NCBI RefSeq assembly: GCF_001194135.2
Contig: NC_068985.1
Location: 29,102,361 to 29,161,980, forward strand
Origin: Octopus bimaculoides
Taxonomy: Eukaryota
Direction: 5' to 3'
Length of the DNA: 59,620 nucleotides
The translations under genes were made by a program, and so were the position numbers. Under the pieces are notes generated by a model. The model searched no databases and was not told the DNA's origin. It saw nothing but the letters and a program-made list of their open reading frames with translations. Positions 37,882 to 52,032 of this stretch are shown piece by piece (the stretch's first letter is position 1; every line of letters starts with the position of its first letter).

Positions 37882-38940
37882 TACATCATAGTACAATCCT
37901 TCTTCATCTTTTCTCTAATATCCTAATCTAACACATTTCCAAAATGTTTAACCTATAGTTTTACTGTTATACAAGCCTAAAATACAGCTTAGAACAGCCA
38001 ATAGCTGTTAGAAATTGTATCATTATCTATGAGTAGACCTGTTTGTCAATATGACTTATATAGCTGGAGAGCAAAAAATTATACTTTTGTGTCATCCGTT
38101 TTTCCAGAATGAAGGAGAGTACATGAAGGAGAGTATATTTTTGATTAAGAAAAGAGCTTTGTTTATCTTAATTTTGAAAAATAAAAGAAATATAAAAAAA
38201 AATACATTATTTATGTGATGTCACAATATACATCTATATCATCATCATCATCATTTAACGTCCACTTTCCATGCTAGCATGGGTTGGACGATTTGACTGA
38301 GAACTGGCGAACCGGATGGCTGCACCAGGCTCCAATCTGATCTGGCAGAGTTTCTACAGCTGGATGCTCTTCCTAACGCCAACCATTCCGAGAGTGTAGT
38401 GGGTGCCTTTACATGCTACCGGCACGAGGGCCAGTCAGGTGGTACTGGCAACGGCCATGCTCAAAATAGTGTTTTTTACATGCCACCTGCACAGGAGCCA
38501 GTCAAGTGGCACTGGCAACGACCTCGCTTGAATGTTTTTGCACATGCCACCGGCACAACTGCCAGTAAGGTGACGCTGGTAATGATCTCACTCAAACGAT
38601 GCTGTTTATGTGCCACTGGCATGGAAGCCAGTGCTCTGGCAATGATCACGCTCAGACGGTGCTGTTAGCGCTCCACTGGCACAGGTGCCAGTCATCGAAT
38701 TTGGTTCAATTACAATTTTGATTTCGATTTCACTTACTCTACCAACATGCCAAAGACCAACATGGAGGCACACTGGGTCAGCTTGACATCTGCATTTTAT
38801 CCAAGCGCCCGAAGGACCCAACACTCAGACAAATACAGGAGTATGTCCTCGTAAATGAAACATCACTGCACTAAATATGAGATATATCTAGAAAGTAGTG
38901 ATACTCCATTACACTCAAGGAGACAGAGGTGCACACACAA

Positions 38941-38997
<57 letters not shown>

Positions 38998-40848
38998 AAC
39001 ACATGACTATGCAAAATACATACATACAAATGTGCAAACACACATACATATATATTATATGCATATAGTGAGAATTTACAAAACAACAAAAGACAAAGAC
39101 AGGTATGTAAGCAACAAACAGATGTATTAGCTTAAGGTTTGGGAAGTGAGAAAGTCTTTTATGTTTCGAGCCTACGCTCTTCGACAGAAAGGAACACAGG
39201 AATAAAGAGGGAGAGAAAATAGAAAAAGGTTTAGTGGCTAGTGATCTATCATGGCGTATGCAAACACACGCATACATACATACATACATACATACATACA
39301 TACATACATACATGCATATATATGTATACATATGCACACACATGCACACAAACAGACAAAAAGAACACCACTCCGATAACGGACATAGTCAATAACTATT
39401 GAAGAGGTTGCAAGAAGCAAGGAAAATTTTTGAAAAAAATAAGTAAATGAGTGTAGGTTGAACCAGTGAGTGTGTTAATTAATAAGGCATTAAAACAGAA
39501 TGACTCTNNNNNNNNNNNNNNNNNNNNNNNNNNNNNNNNNNNNNNNNNNNNNNNNNNNNNNNNNNNNNNNNNNNNNNNNNNNNNNNNNNNNNNNNNNNNN
39601 NNNNNNNNNNNNNNNNNNNNNNNNNNNNNNNNNNNNNNNNNNNNNNNNNNNNNNNNNNNNNNNNNNNNNNNNNNNNNNNNNNNNNNNNNNNNNNNNNNNN
39701 NNNNNNNNNNNNNNNNNNNNNNNNNNNNNNNNNNNNNNNNNNNNNNNNNNNNNNNNNNNNNNNNNNNNNNNNNNNNNNNNNNNNNNNNNNNNNNNNNNNN
39801 NNNNNNNNNNNNNNNNNNNNNNNNNNNNNNNNNNNNNNNNNNNNNNNNNNNNNNNNNNNNNNNNNNNNNNNNNNNNNNNNNNNNNNNNNNNNNNNNNNNN
39901 NNNNNNNNNNNNNNNNNNNNNNNNNNNNNNNNNNNNNNNNNNNNNNNNNNNNNNNNNNNNNNNNNNNNNNNNNNNNNNNNNNNNNNNNNNNNNNNNNNNN
40001 NNNNNNNNNNNNNNNNNNNTTGTGTGTATGTACATATGTATGTATGTAAGTATCTGTGTGTGTGTGTGTGTGTGTCAGTGTGTGTGTGTGTTTGTACATA
40101 CATATGTATGTATGTATATATGAATGTATGCATGCATGGTATATACATACTATGAAAAGGTCTCGCAAAATGACAATCAACCATACTGCAGGATATACCA
40201 ATCCTCACAGACAGGGAAATCAAGACTAATCAACAGGATATTATAATCAAGGATCTAAGGAAAGGAAGTGTCACCTAATCACAATATTAGTAAAAACAGA
40301 TGATAATACATATTAAAAAGAAATAAAGAATTTATCCAGATATACAGATGTGAAAACAGAATGTGGGGATTAGAAACAGAAAGGATTATTATAAAGTAAA
40401 TGTCTTTGAAATGCTTAGTAAAAGCACATGCAAATTCATAACCAAAATCATTGGACTTGATTTATGCACATGTAGGAAGTAACACTATAAGGGCTGAACA
40501 CTCTCATTATAATAGGAAAAAACGAATCCAAAGCAAAAGTACTGCATTTATCTATGAGGCACAAAGCTGCATTCGATTGTGGAGTTGAAGCCCACAGACC
40601 CATATATACTCACACGCTAAAAAGATATAACATATCTGAAAAATAATGAGAGTATGAAGAGAGAGACAGACAGAAAGTGACAGAGACAATGACAGAGAGA
40701 GAGAGGGATAAGTGCTTATATAGACTTACCCTAGAATCTAGGCAGCGTTTGAATTCAGAATGTGAAAGATTGTGACTAAACAATACAGAGCTTCCTGTCC
40801 AATGGTCTACTGAGTCTGCTAACCAACAACGATATTTTCTTAATTTAC

Positions 40849-40891
40849 CTCATGGACAAATAAAGTGAAGCGTTACTTTTGAAACAATATA
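40849..40891 (-). CDS. Candidate exon (YCFKSNASLYLSM)
   Basis: Acceptor gtttaattttatag, donor GAG|GTAAAT; single open frame, phase 1 matches the 42354 exon end. Confidence 0.35.
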
Positions 40892-41071
40892 CTATAAAAT
40901 TAAACAAATAAAGGCATATATATATATATATAGAAATAGTGTATGATACATGTATGTATGTATGTATGTATGTATGTATGTATGCATGTATGTATGCTGT
41001 ATGTATGTATGTATGTATGTATGTATGCATGTATCTATCTAATTATATATCCATTTATCTATATACATGTA

Positions 41072-41103
<32 letters not shown>

Positions 41104-41185
41104 CACACACTCATATATATGTATACATACATACACACATATATAATTGTGTGTGAATGTGTGTACTATGTGTGTATGTTATGTG

Positions 41186-41236
<51 letters not shown>

Positions 41237-42353
41237 NNNNNNNNNNNNNNNNNNNNNNNNNNNNNNNNNNNNNNNNNNNNNNNNNNNNNNNNNNNNNNNN
41301 NNNNNNNNNNNNNNNNNNNNNNNNNNNNNNNNNNNNNNNNNNNNNNNNNNNNNNNNNNNNNNNNNNNNNNNNNNNNNNNNNNNNNNNNNNNNNNNNNNNN
41401 NNNNNNNNNNNNNNNNNNNNNNNNNNNNNNNNNNNNNNNNNNNNNNNNNNNNNNNNNNNNNNNNNNNNNNNNNNNNNNNNNNNNNNNNNNNNNNNNNNNN
41501 NNNNNNNNNNNNNNNNNNNNNNNNNNNNNNNNNNNNNNNNNNNNNNNCATTTAAAAAATATGTATCTGCCGTTGCCAGTACCGCCTGACTGGCTCCCGTA
41601 GGATTTTCGAGCGAGATCGTTGCCAGTGCCCCTGGACTGGCTTGTGCGGGTGGCACATAAAAGACACCATTTCGAGCGTGGCCGTTTTCGTGCGGGTGAC
41701 ATGTAAAAGCACCCACTACACTCTCTGAGTGGTTGGCGTTAGGAAGGGCATCCAGCTGTAGAAACTCTGCCAAATTAGACTGGAGCCTGGTGTTGCCATC
41801 CGGTTTCACCAGTCCTCAGTCAAATCGTCCAACCCATGCTAGCATGGAAAGCGGACGTTAAACGATGATGATGATGATGATGATGTATCTGTGTTTGTGA
41901 AAACTTGTATCAGTGATTGTTTGTATTGAATAAATGAATAAATAGAATATCCTTAAAAATATATCTTTGGCTCAAAACACTAGAAAAATCTTTAAAAAAT
42001 CACTTACTCATACTACAAGAAAATAAAGTCCACTTTTTCTCTTGCCTTGAGATGAAACTGATAAGTGTTGACAAACCAACAAAGGGGCCGCTACATAATT
42101 ACTTGACATACTAGAAATAGTAGCCATATATTTCAACTCACATGTTAGACTCTTAGATAAGGAAAAGAAAGATTACATAATTCAGACTTATATTCTGATA
42201 AACAGTCTGGATGGTCACAGCCGGTGTGAATTTGCTCGTAAGTCAACTAAATCAGGATTAGCCTGAGGCTGAATCATTACAACCATTACAAGCTGTGCAT
42301 TGTCATTCCTCTTACGTTAATATTTGAACGTATATTATGTATTGGTTACTTAC

Positions 42354-42421
42354 TTGCTTTGAAATACTCCTTTAACCTCTTCTGACCTATTCTATATTGA
42401 GCTGAACTGAACTGAACCAGG
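42354..42421 (-). CDS. Candidate internal exon (LVQFSSAQYRIGQKRLKEYFKA)
   Basis: Strong acceptor ttttttctgtctgcacag, donor GTAAGT, single open frame. Confidence 0.5.
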
Positions 42422-42572
42422 CTGTGCAGACAGAAAAAAATGATGCTTTGCCTTTGAAAATCTCCAATATAACTATTGCATTTTATTTTTGTTCTTTTGT
42501 CTTCCTTTTTATAATCTTTTTTTTTTTTTGTAAACAACTGAAGTTAGTAAATCAATTTCATCATCATCAATT

Positions 42573-42732
<160 letters not shown>

Positions 42733-42948
42733 GTAAGGTTTTAATAATGATCAGCTGCTGATATGTGGGTATATGTGGCCTGCTGTTGATATACATATAA
42801 GTATCTGAATGTTTGTGTGTGTGTGTGTGTCTGTGTGTGTGCACTTATATACACAAATACACACACACACACATTTATATACACATGTTCCTGTTTGTAT
42901 TCTGTATTCTGTTTGTATACATATAGAAATATATATAAATAAATAGAG

Positions 42949-42983
<35 letters not shown>

Positions 42984-43299
42984 GAGGCAGGCAGACAAGT
43001 AGGCAGATAGATAAATAGATATATATACATACATGTATACATACAGACAGACAGGCATATATACATACATACGTACATACGTACGTACGCATATGCATAC
43101 ATACACACACACACATACATATAAGTGTCTAATATAAACAAAAGAAAAAGTCTATCATCTTTAGGAAAGATTTACCACTTCGAGGTCAAAAATTGAAATC
43201 ATGTTTTGTCTGGGTGGAGTACAGATGCTTTTTTAGTATTTCTTGATACAATGTCTACTAAGGAAGAATAAAAATAATAATATAAAAACATATGATCAG

Positions 43300-44230
<931 letters not shown>

Positions 44231-46651
44231 AGAAAGAAAGAAAAACCAAAATCCCAGTCTGAGAGTTGCTCAAGTCTGGGTGAATGAGGAGGGGTTTAAT
44301 TTGATGGGGTGGTGTTGGCTGTCTACTTGACCTGTTATCTATTGTTTTACTCTTGGATTTGATTTTTGGACTTTGTGGTTTGATAAGATATCTATTGATA
44401 ATATGATTTCCAAATTTATGGTCTATATATCTATCTATCTATCTATCTCCATTTTTCTTTCTATCTCTCTTTTATCTTTCAATCTATTTATCTCTCTATC
44501 TATGATTTGTGTATGTGTATACATACACACCCACACAAACATGTATGCACATATATGTATATGTATATAGATACATACATACATACATACATACATACAT
44601 ACATACATACACACATACACACACACACANNNNNNNNNNNNNNNNNNNNNNNNNNNNNNNNNNNNNNNNNNNNNNNNNNNNNNNNNNNNNNNNNNNNNNN
44701 NNNNNNNNNNNNNNNNNNNNNNNNNNNNNNNNNNNNNNNNNNNNNNNNNNNNNNNNNNNNNNNNNNNNNNNNNNNNNNNNNNNNNNNNNNNNNNNNNNNN
44801 NNNNNNNNNNNNNNNNNNNNNNNNNNNNNNNNNNNNNNNNNNNNNNNNNNNNNNNNNNNNNNNNNNNNNNNNNNNNNNNNNNNNNNNNNNNNNNNNNNNN
44901 NNNNNNNNNNNNNNNNNNNNNNNNNNNNNNNNNNNNNNNNNNNNNNNNNNNNNNNNNNNNNNNNNNNNNNNNNNNNNNNNNNNNNNNNNNNNNNNNNNNN
45001 NNNNNNNNNNNNNNNNNNNNNNNNNNNNNNNNNNNNNNNNNNNNNNNNNNNNNNNNNNNNNNNNNNNNNNNNNNNNNNNNNNNNNNNNNNNNNNNNNNNN
45101 NNNNNNNNNNNNNNNNNNNNNNNNNNNNNNNNNNNNNNNNNNNNNNNNNNNNNNNNNNNNNNNNNNNNNNNNNNNNNNNNNNNNNNNNNNNNNNNNNNNN
45201 NNNNNNNNNNNNNNNNNNNNNNNNNNNNNNNNNNNNNNNNNNNNNNNNNNNNNNNNNNNNNNNNNNNNNNNNNNNNNNNNNNNNNNNNNNNNNNNNNNNN
45301 NNNNNNNNNNNNNNNNNNNNNNNNNNNNNNNNNNNNNNNNNNNNNNNNNNNNNNNNNNNNNNNNNNNNNNNNNNNNNNNNNNNNNNNNNNNNNNNNNNNN
45401 NNNNNNNNNNNNNNTATATACGATGGGCTTCTTTTAGTTTCCGTCTACCAAATCCACTCACAAGGCTTTGGTCGGCCCGAGGTTATAGTAGAAAACACTT
45501 GCCCAAGGTGCCACGCAGTGGGAATGAATCCGGAACCATGTGGTTGGTAAGCAAGCTACTTACCACACAGCCACTCCTGCACCTATACATGTTCATATAT
45601 TCATAAACGCAACACATGTCTTTGTATTTCTACAATTTACATTCTTTTATTCTTTTACTTGTTTCAGTCATTTGACTGCAGCCATGCTGGAGCACCACTT
45701 ATTCTTCATATGTGTAGTACTTATTCTATCGGATTTTTTTGCCAAACCGCTAAGTTACGGGGATGTAAACACACAAGCATCGCATGTCAAGTGATGTTGG
45801 GGGGACAAACACAGACACACAAACACACACATATATATGTATGTATATACATATATACGACAGGCTTCTTTCAGTTTCCATCTACCAAATCCACTCACAA
45901 GGCTTTGGTCGGCCCGAGGCTATAGTAGAAGACACTTGCCCAAGGTGCCATGCAGTGGGACGGAACCCGAAGCCATGTGGCTGGTAAGCAAGCTACTTAC
46001 CACACAGCCACTCCTGCGCCTATACATGTTTTTTCTTTTTTTTATTGAGGCATCATCCAGTCTGGTTGATGGTGCTGGTGGTGCTGGTAATGAAAATGAT
46101 GATGATGAAGATGACGACGATGACAATGATAGTGACGACTACAACAACAATGACGATGATGATGATGATGACGACGACAACAATGAGGATTTCTTTTATT
46201 TGCCACCAGGGTGATGGATCATCATCATCATCAGCAGCAGCAGCAGCAATAGCAGTACAAAATTAACAGAAATACTGATGAAGATATTTCACATTGTCTT
46301 GAGCAGAGATGACAATTACGATCATTAATAAATAGTTTTGATGACGATGAGGATGATGATGGTGATGATGATAGCCATCATCATCTTATGTCACTTGCCT
46401 TACTGTGTGCACCAGGTAAATCTCCATTAGCAATATCAACCAATTCAAAGAAACTAGGAACCACCTGAATAAATTACAATAGATTACACACCCACTATGA
46501 TAACGACGGTGTCCTGGTTAGGAGGAGAATCGATAAAGCAAGGAAGTTTTAACTTATCTTAATATCTACATATCTCTAAGTTTCCCTGCATGTCAGATTG
46601 ACAATCTCCATGCCTTATGTCCACTCAAAGAGAGATAAACCATAACCTTAC

Positions 46652-46681
46652 CTATTGTTCGTTAAATTATGATATTTCAGA
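46652..46681 (-). CDS. Candidate 30-nt exon (LKYHNLTNN), LRR-like when joined to 42421
   Basis: Donor TAG|GTAAGG; phase 2 fits; the 5' boundary is uncertain. Confidence 0.3.
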
Positions 46682-48419
46682 CTCCGAAGATCAGGTAAAG
46701 AGTCCAAATAATTACAATCACATTAACAACTCATTTCAGACATTTAATTAATTTCTTAATATATTATCCCATATATTTTCCTTCAGAGATGTCTCCCCCT
46801 CTCACTCTCTGGGAGAGAGGCACAAGCACATACACAGACATATACACACACGGCAGTAACTTCCGCCTAACAAATTCAATCACAAGGCTTTGGTCAGCCC
46901 GGGGCTATAGCAGAAGACACTTGCCCAAAGTGCCGTGCGGTGGGACTGAACCCGAAACCATGTAGCTGGGAAGCAAGCTTCCTAACCACACAGCCATGCC
47001 CGCGCCTACTAGAAAGTGTATATACATATGCGCAGCACTATTCGTGTGGCAAATTTCTACAGCCGGATGCCCTTCCTGCCGCCAACCCCCACCTGTTGCT
47101 AAGCGAGGTAGTTTTTTCCCCCTCTCACTCTCTGGGAGAGAGGCATATATTTGAATGAAAGTATACATTCACTCTCAATGGTGGCTCATAGATAAAATTA
47201 GTTGGGGTGTTGCTTCAGAAAATTTTTAGCCGTTGTTTTAATATTGTGCAAAAGGAAATAAACATGTAAAAAGAATATTTATACATAAACTTGATCGGTT
47301 CACATTTTAGTCACTGCCGGGTAGTGTATTTAATTTGTTCACTGAGCACCGCCATGAATTACTGTATGTTTTCCAAAAATCACCCCTAAATCACAAAATA
47401 AGGTGGGGAAATCTGCCCTACTTTTCAAATCCTGGCAGCAACACTGAAGCTGGAAGCAGGATAATAATCTAATTCTACACTTTATCACATTCAGGAATAT
47501 AAACACGTTTTAAAGCATGACACACACTGAGTCAAAATGAAACACTACCTTTCACCGGCACTGCATAAATGACAGTGCTGTCTCTCCCTAGCGTGAAGCT
47601 TCCTGTGTCGGACATGTGAACATGCACACAACAGCCAAACACTGCGTCACTGGAAATGTGAAGCACACAATTCTATACAATGATTTCTGTATTCTTTTCA
47701 TAAATTAGGGGATGGCTACTGACATTAAGCTTAAGGATTATATAATGTACAAGCATAAAGAAAGAATTAAAATGAAAAGGACTGATTATATTGAATGTTA
47801 TCAATAATATCGAGTGGAAATAGGGGGTGCTGCAGTTCCACAGTGCCTGTACACAAACTGCCACTGTTCACTCTACCCTGAGGTATCTATCACTTATTTC
47901 TAACCTGAAATACTTCATTCATTATGTTATTCCCATTTCTTATCATTAACTATCATTTCTATTGATAACTTCAAAATAAATCATAACTGATCCAAAATAA
48001 TTTGTCTACTTATTCTTCTACTTGTTTCAGTCATTTGACTGTGGCCATGCTGGAGTACCGCCTTTAGTCAAACAAATCGACCCCAGGACTAATACTTTGT
48101 AAGCCAGGTACTTATTCTATCAGTCTCTTTTGCCAAACCGCTAAGTTACAGGAACATAAACACAGCAACATCAGTTGTCAAGCGATGGTGGGGGGACAGN
48201 NNNNNNNNNTATATATATATGTATATATACGACGGGCTTCTTTCAGTTTCCATCTACCAAATCCATTCACAAGGCTTTAGTCAGCCTGAGGCTATAGTAA
48301 AAGACACTTGCCCAAGGTGCTACGCAGTGGAACTGAACCTGGAACCATGTGGTTGAGAAGCAAGCTTCCTACCACACAGCCATGCTTGTGCCTTATATCC
48401 TTTCTCCTCATTTGTGTCA

Positions 48420-50335
48420 TGGCATATTCATGCTATTGATGAATCATGGCTTGTTCCTCCTCCATTTATTTCTGTCTCTTGCAACATCACCCAGGTCTTT
48501 CTCACTCTGCACATTCATTCTCTTCTTCATCNNNNNNNNNNAGGTCTTTCTCACTCTGCACATTCATTCTCTTCTTCATCCAAACATCTTCATTCTCTGC
48601 TTTCCTCTCACTCTCCCTCCCTCCAGCTCAGTCTCCACCATGTAATATTCCATTCCATCATCCTCTCTGAGAAAATGACCAACAAATCTCCACTGTCTCT
48701 CTCTGATAGTATCCGTCAACTGTCTTTTTACTTTCATCTTCCTCAATATTTCTACATTTGTCACCCTCTGTACCCATGAGATTCTAAGCATTTTTCTATA
48801 AAACCACATTTCTGCAGCTTTGAGCCTCTTCTCCATGACTCATATTCATACATTAGCACCGACCAGATGTAGCACTTCAATAGTCTTTTCTTGACTTCCA
48901 TTCCAATTCTCTTTGCACAAAAAATGCTCCTTATATCCATAAAAGTTTTCTTTGCTAGTCCAATTCTGCACTTGATGTCCTTATCTGACCTCCCATCTGA
49001 TGTTATCTAACTTCCCAGATATATAAAACTGTCTTTCTGCTCTATCCCAGTTCCATTCACCATCAAGCAACATGCAGGTACCTGTGCTTTCTTGGTACAG
49101 GCCATTGAGAAGGTTTGCTGGCAGTTAATCGTCAATCCAAGCTTTCCACTCTCCTCAGTCATGATATCAATCAATCCCTGAAGCTTCCTTTCTGTGTCCA
49201 CAAACAAAGCAGCATCGTCTGCGTACTTCAGATTTTTAAAATTCCTTTCCCCCAGTTGTAGCCCTGAAATTGTCTTGATCCTGCTTAGAACTTTCTCACT
49301 ATACAGGTTGAATAAATCAGGTGACAAAATACAACCCTGCCAGACGCCTTTTTTGAATGTCAATCCAGTCGCCCAATTCTCCATGCATTCTGATGGTTGC
49401 TTTCTGGTTCCAATACAAATTTTTAATCATTCTTAGATCTTTCCCATCAATCTTGAGTTCTTCTAACATTCTCACCAACTCTTCAAGCTTGACACCACAA
49501 TCAAATGCCTTCACATAGTCAATAAAACAGACGTACAAGTCTTTTTGTTTCTCTATACACTTTTCCACCAACGTCCTCAAGCACAGAATTGCATTTCTTG
49601 TCCCCTTTCCTGTTCAATAGCTGAACTGTTCATCTGATAGATTTCCCCTAATAATACCTTTCACTCAATTCAACTTCACTCTCAAAATAATCTTTTTTAC
49701 ATGACTCACTAAGCTTATCATTCTGTGATTTTTGCCCTTGATTGTTCCAGACTTTTTAGGCAAGGCAATGAAGACTGATTCTAGCATTTCTTCAGGTACA
49801 TCCCTCAAGTTGTAAACATGGTTTGCTATCTCTGTTAATTTTTCTACTCCAAAACTCTCCAAAGATTTTACTAGTTCAAACGCGATGTTATCATTTCCTG
49901 TTGCTTTTCCACTTTTCCATAGCCTGAATGATTTCAGCTGCTGCAATTATATAGCCATCCATCGGCTTGCTTATCTCTAGTTTTTCTTATCTTCCATCAT
50001 CAACATAGAGACCCTTGATGTAATTGGTCCACCTTCTCTTGACTGACTCATCATCCATCAGAATTGTGCCCTCCTCGTCTTTAATACAGCCTGTCAGATT
50101 TTTCTTCCTCCTAAATGTAGCCTGTCTAACTTTTTCATGCATCATCTGTGCATCTTTCTTCTCCAGCTCTTCAATCTCTTCACAACACCCCTCCAGATAT
50201 TCTTCCTTTGCTTTTTTGCACATCTTTCAAATCTCTTTGTTCAATTGTCTGTACATCCCTGAGTCACTCCTTGCCAGTCTTCTCTCATCCTATGAAGTAT
50301 CTCTTGAGTCATTCATTTATTTTTCGAAATTCTTT
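48420..50335 (-). mobile_element. 5'-truncated, frameshifted RTE-clade LINE (reverse transcriptase region)
   Basis: Five consecutive ORF pieces: KRRWTNY; KSGKATGNDNI..LPKK..HRMISLVSH; CFIDYVKAFD; GVWQGCILSPDLFNLY..KYADD..YLGS; EMWFYRKMLRISW..WRFVGH. Confidence 0.95.
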
Positions 50336-50649
50336 CAGTTTCTGGAAGCCATTCCTCCACTCCAAATACAACATAATAATTTTGATTTGAATACCACATT
50401 AATACTTTTTGTTTCAAATACCACATGACAAAGTTATTTTTTACTAAATTCTTTATTATTTTCAAAATTAATCAAAAGAAATGTAGATTTGCAATGAAAA
50501 AATGACCACAAAAGAATTCAGCAGCCATTTTTTTTAATAGCAATATTTAAAAAGCTTTTCCATGTTAGCAAATGGGGTAGATAATTGCTTACTTGGGGAA
50601 AAAAAAAAGAATGAGGGGGACACTTACAGCAATTTTCTGATATGAAGAA

Positions 50650-51100
50650 TGCATCAACAGCCTGTTTCTCAACATGACTTAATATCAATCTATATGTTTT
50701 CTTTATAAATATCCAATAATACATATATGTTTGTTGATGTTTCAGCTCATACAATGATATGTACGAATAGGTGCCATGTATATGCCTTTCCTCACTCCTT
50801 TTCATAGCCATATACTCAACAACTTGTGTTTGATCTTATCATAAGCAGCCTTGGATCATCTAATCCTTAATTTAACTTCTTTGATGTTTTTCTCATCTGA
50901 TGTTATGATGGTTCCCAAATATCAACTAATTTTAAGATTATTCCATTAATTCTTATATTGCAAATTAGTAGTATTTTCTTTGAAAGTGTCTTTTTCTGTT
51001 TTTGTTTTAATGTTAGAATCTTGACTCATCTTTTCTCTTTCAGTATTCACAGTACTATTTAACTTTTATAGATTTAACCCTGAGTTGCTTTGAGGTCCGT
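50650..51100 (-). mobile_element. Older decayed RTE-like fragment
   Basis: GTIITSDEKNIKEVKLRIR*SKAAYDKIK resembles the YLGS.ITSDG..EIKRRI..AK.AF segment of RTE RT. Confidence 0.55.
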
Positions 51101-51123
51101 GTCATCTACATATTTATATATAT

Positions 51124-51316
51124 AATTATAATCTAGGGTATCTAAGAGATACCGCCATGCTGAAAATAGCAGTCAAATCTAGACTCTAAACCACAATAAA
51201 TGTTCATATAGTGCACAGCTCCTGTGTGCTATATGAACATTTATTGTGGTTTAGAGTCTAGATTTGACTGCTATTTTCAGCATGGCGGTATCTCTTAGAT
51301 ACCCTAAATTATAATT
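51124..51316. repeat. Near-perfect 95-bp inverted repeat with 3-nt loop
   Basis: Arms 51124-51218 and 51222-51316 are reverse complements at 92/95 positions. Confidence 0.95.
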
Positions 51317-51555
51317 TTAAATAATTGTTACCTTTGATGGTTTTTATTCCCTCGCTGGCCACTTGATAAAATCAATATTTAAATATCGATCTTATCCTTA
51401 TTTATATATTTTTATATATATATATAGATGAAACATAAGATATTCTTGATGCCTTGTCCATCTATCAGTATTCATGGCAGATGTCCAATAAATCGCATAC
51501 ATATACATTTATACATGCATACAAACATATATATATATGTGTACCTAGGTATATA

Positions 51556-51769
51556 CAATAATTCCTCGCCATATCGCGGTTCACCTATCACAGTTTATTA
51601 TTTAAGCTTAGGTCAATTCATCCAAGGTGTTGTTTTGCATTTATAATAAAATAAATATATACAAATTATAATTAAAAAATATACAGTACAGTACTGTTTC
51701 TACTTTACAGATTTTCACCTATCATGGTGGGGTTTGAATGTAACACCTGTGATAGTCGAGGAATTACTG
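51556..51769. mobile_element. pogo/Tigger-like MITE
   Basis: TA-CAATAATTCCTCG ... CGAGGAATTACTG-TA; TA TSD and a CAGT..CCTCG-type TIR. Confidence 0.75.
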
Positions 51770-52001
51770 TATACATATCTATGAACTATATAGGTGTATG
51801 CAAAACTATGATCAGATTGCTTAAATGCTCACATGATTTAGCAGTGTAATACTGCTGGAGAGACTAATTTACATATTAAACACATCCCTGACAATCAGTA
51901 CATACATACACAAACACATATATATGTACACACACACACACACACAAATGCGTGCACGCACACACACACATACACACATATGTGTGTATATAGACAGACA
52001 G

Positions 52002-52032
<31 letters not shown>

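Noticed and set aside
48493-48580. 39-bp direct repeat around a 10-N gap
   Set aside because: Typical unmerged contig overlap; the LINE reading continues once one copy is removed
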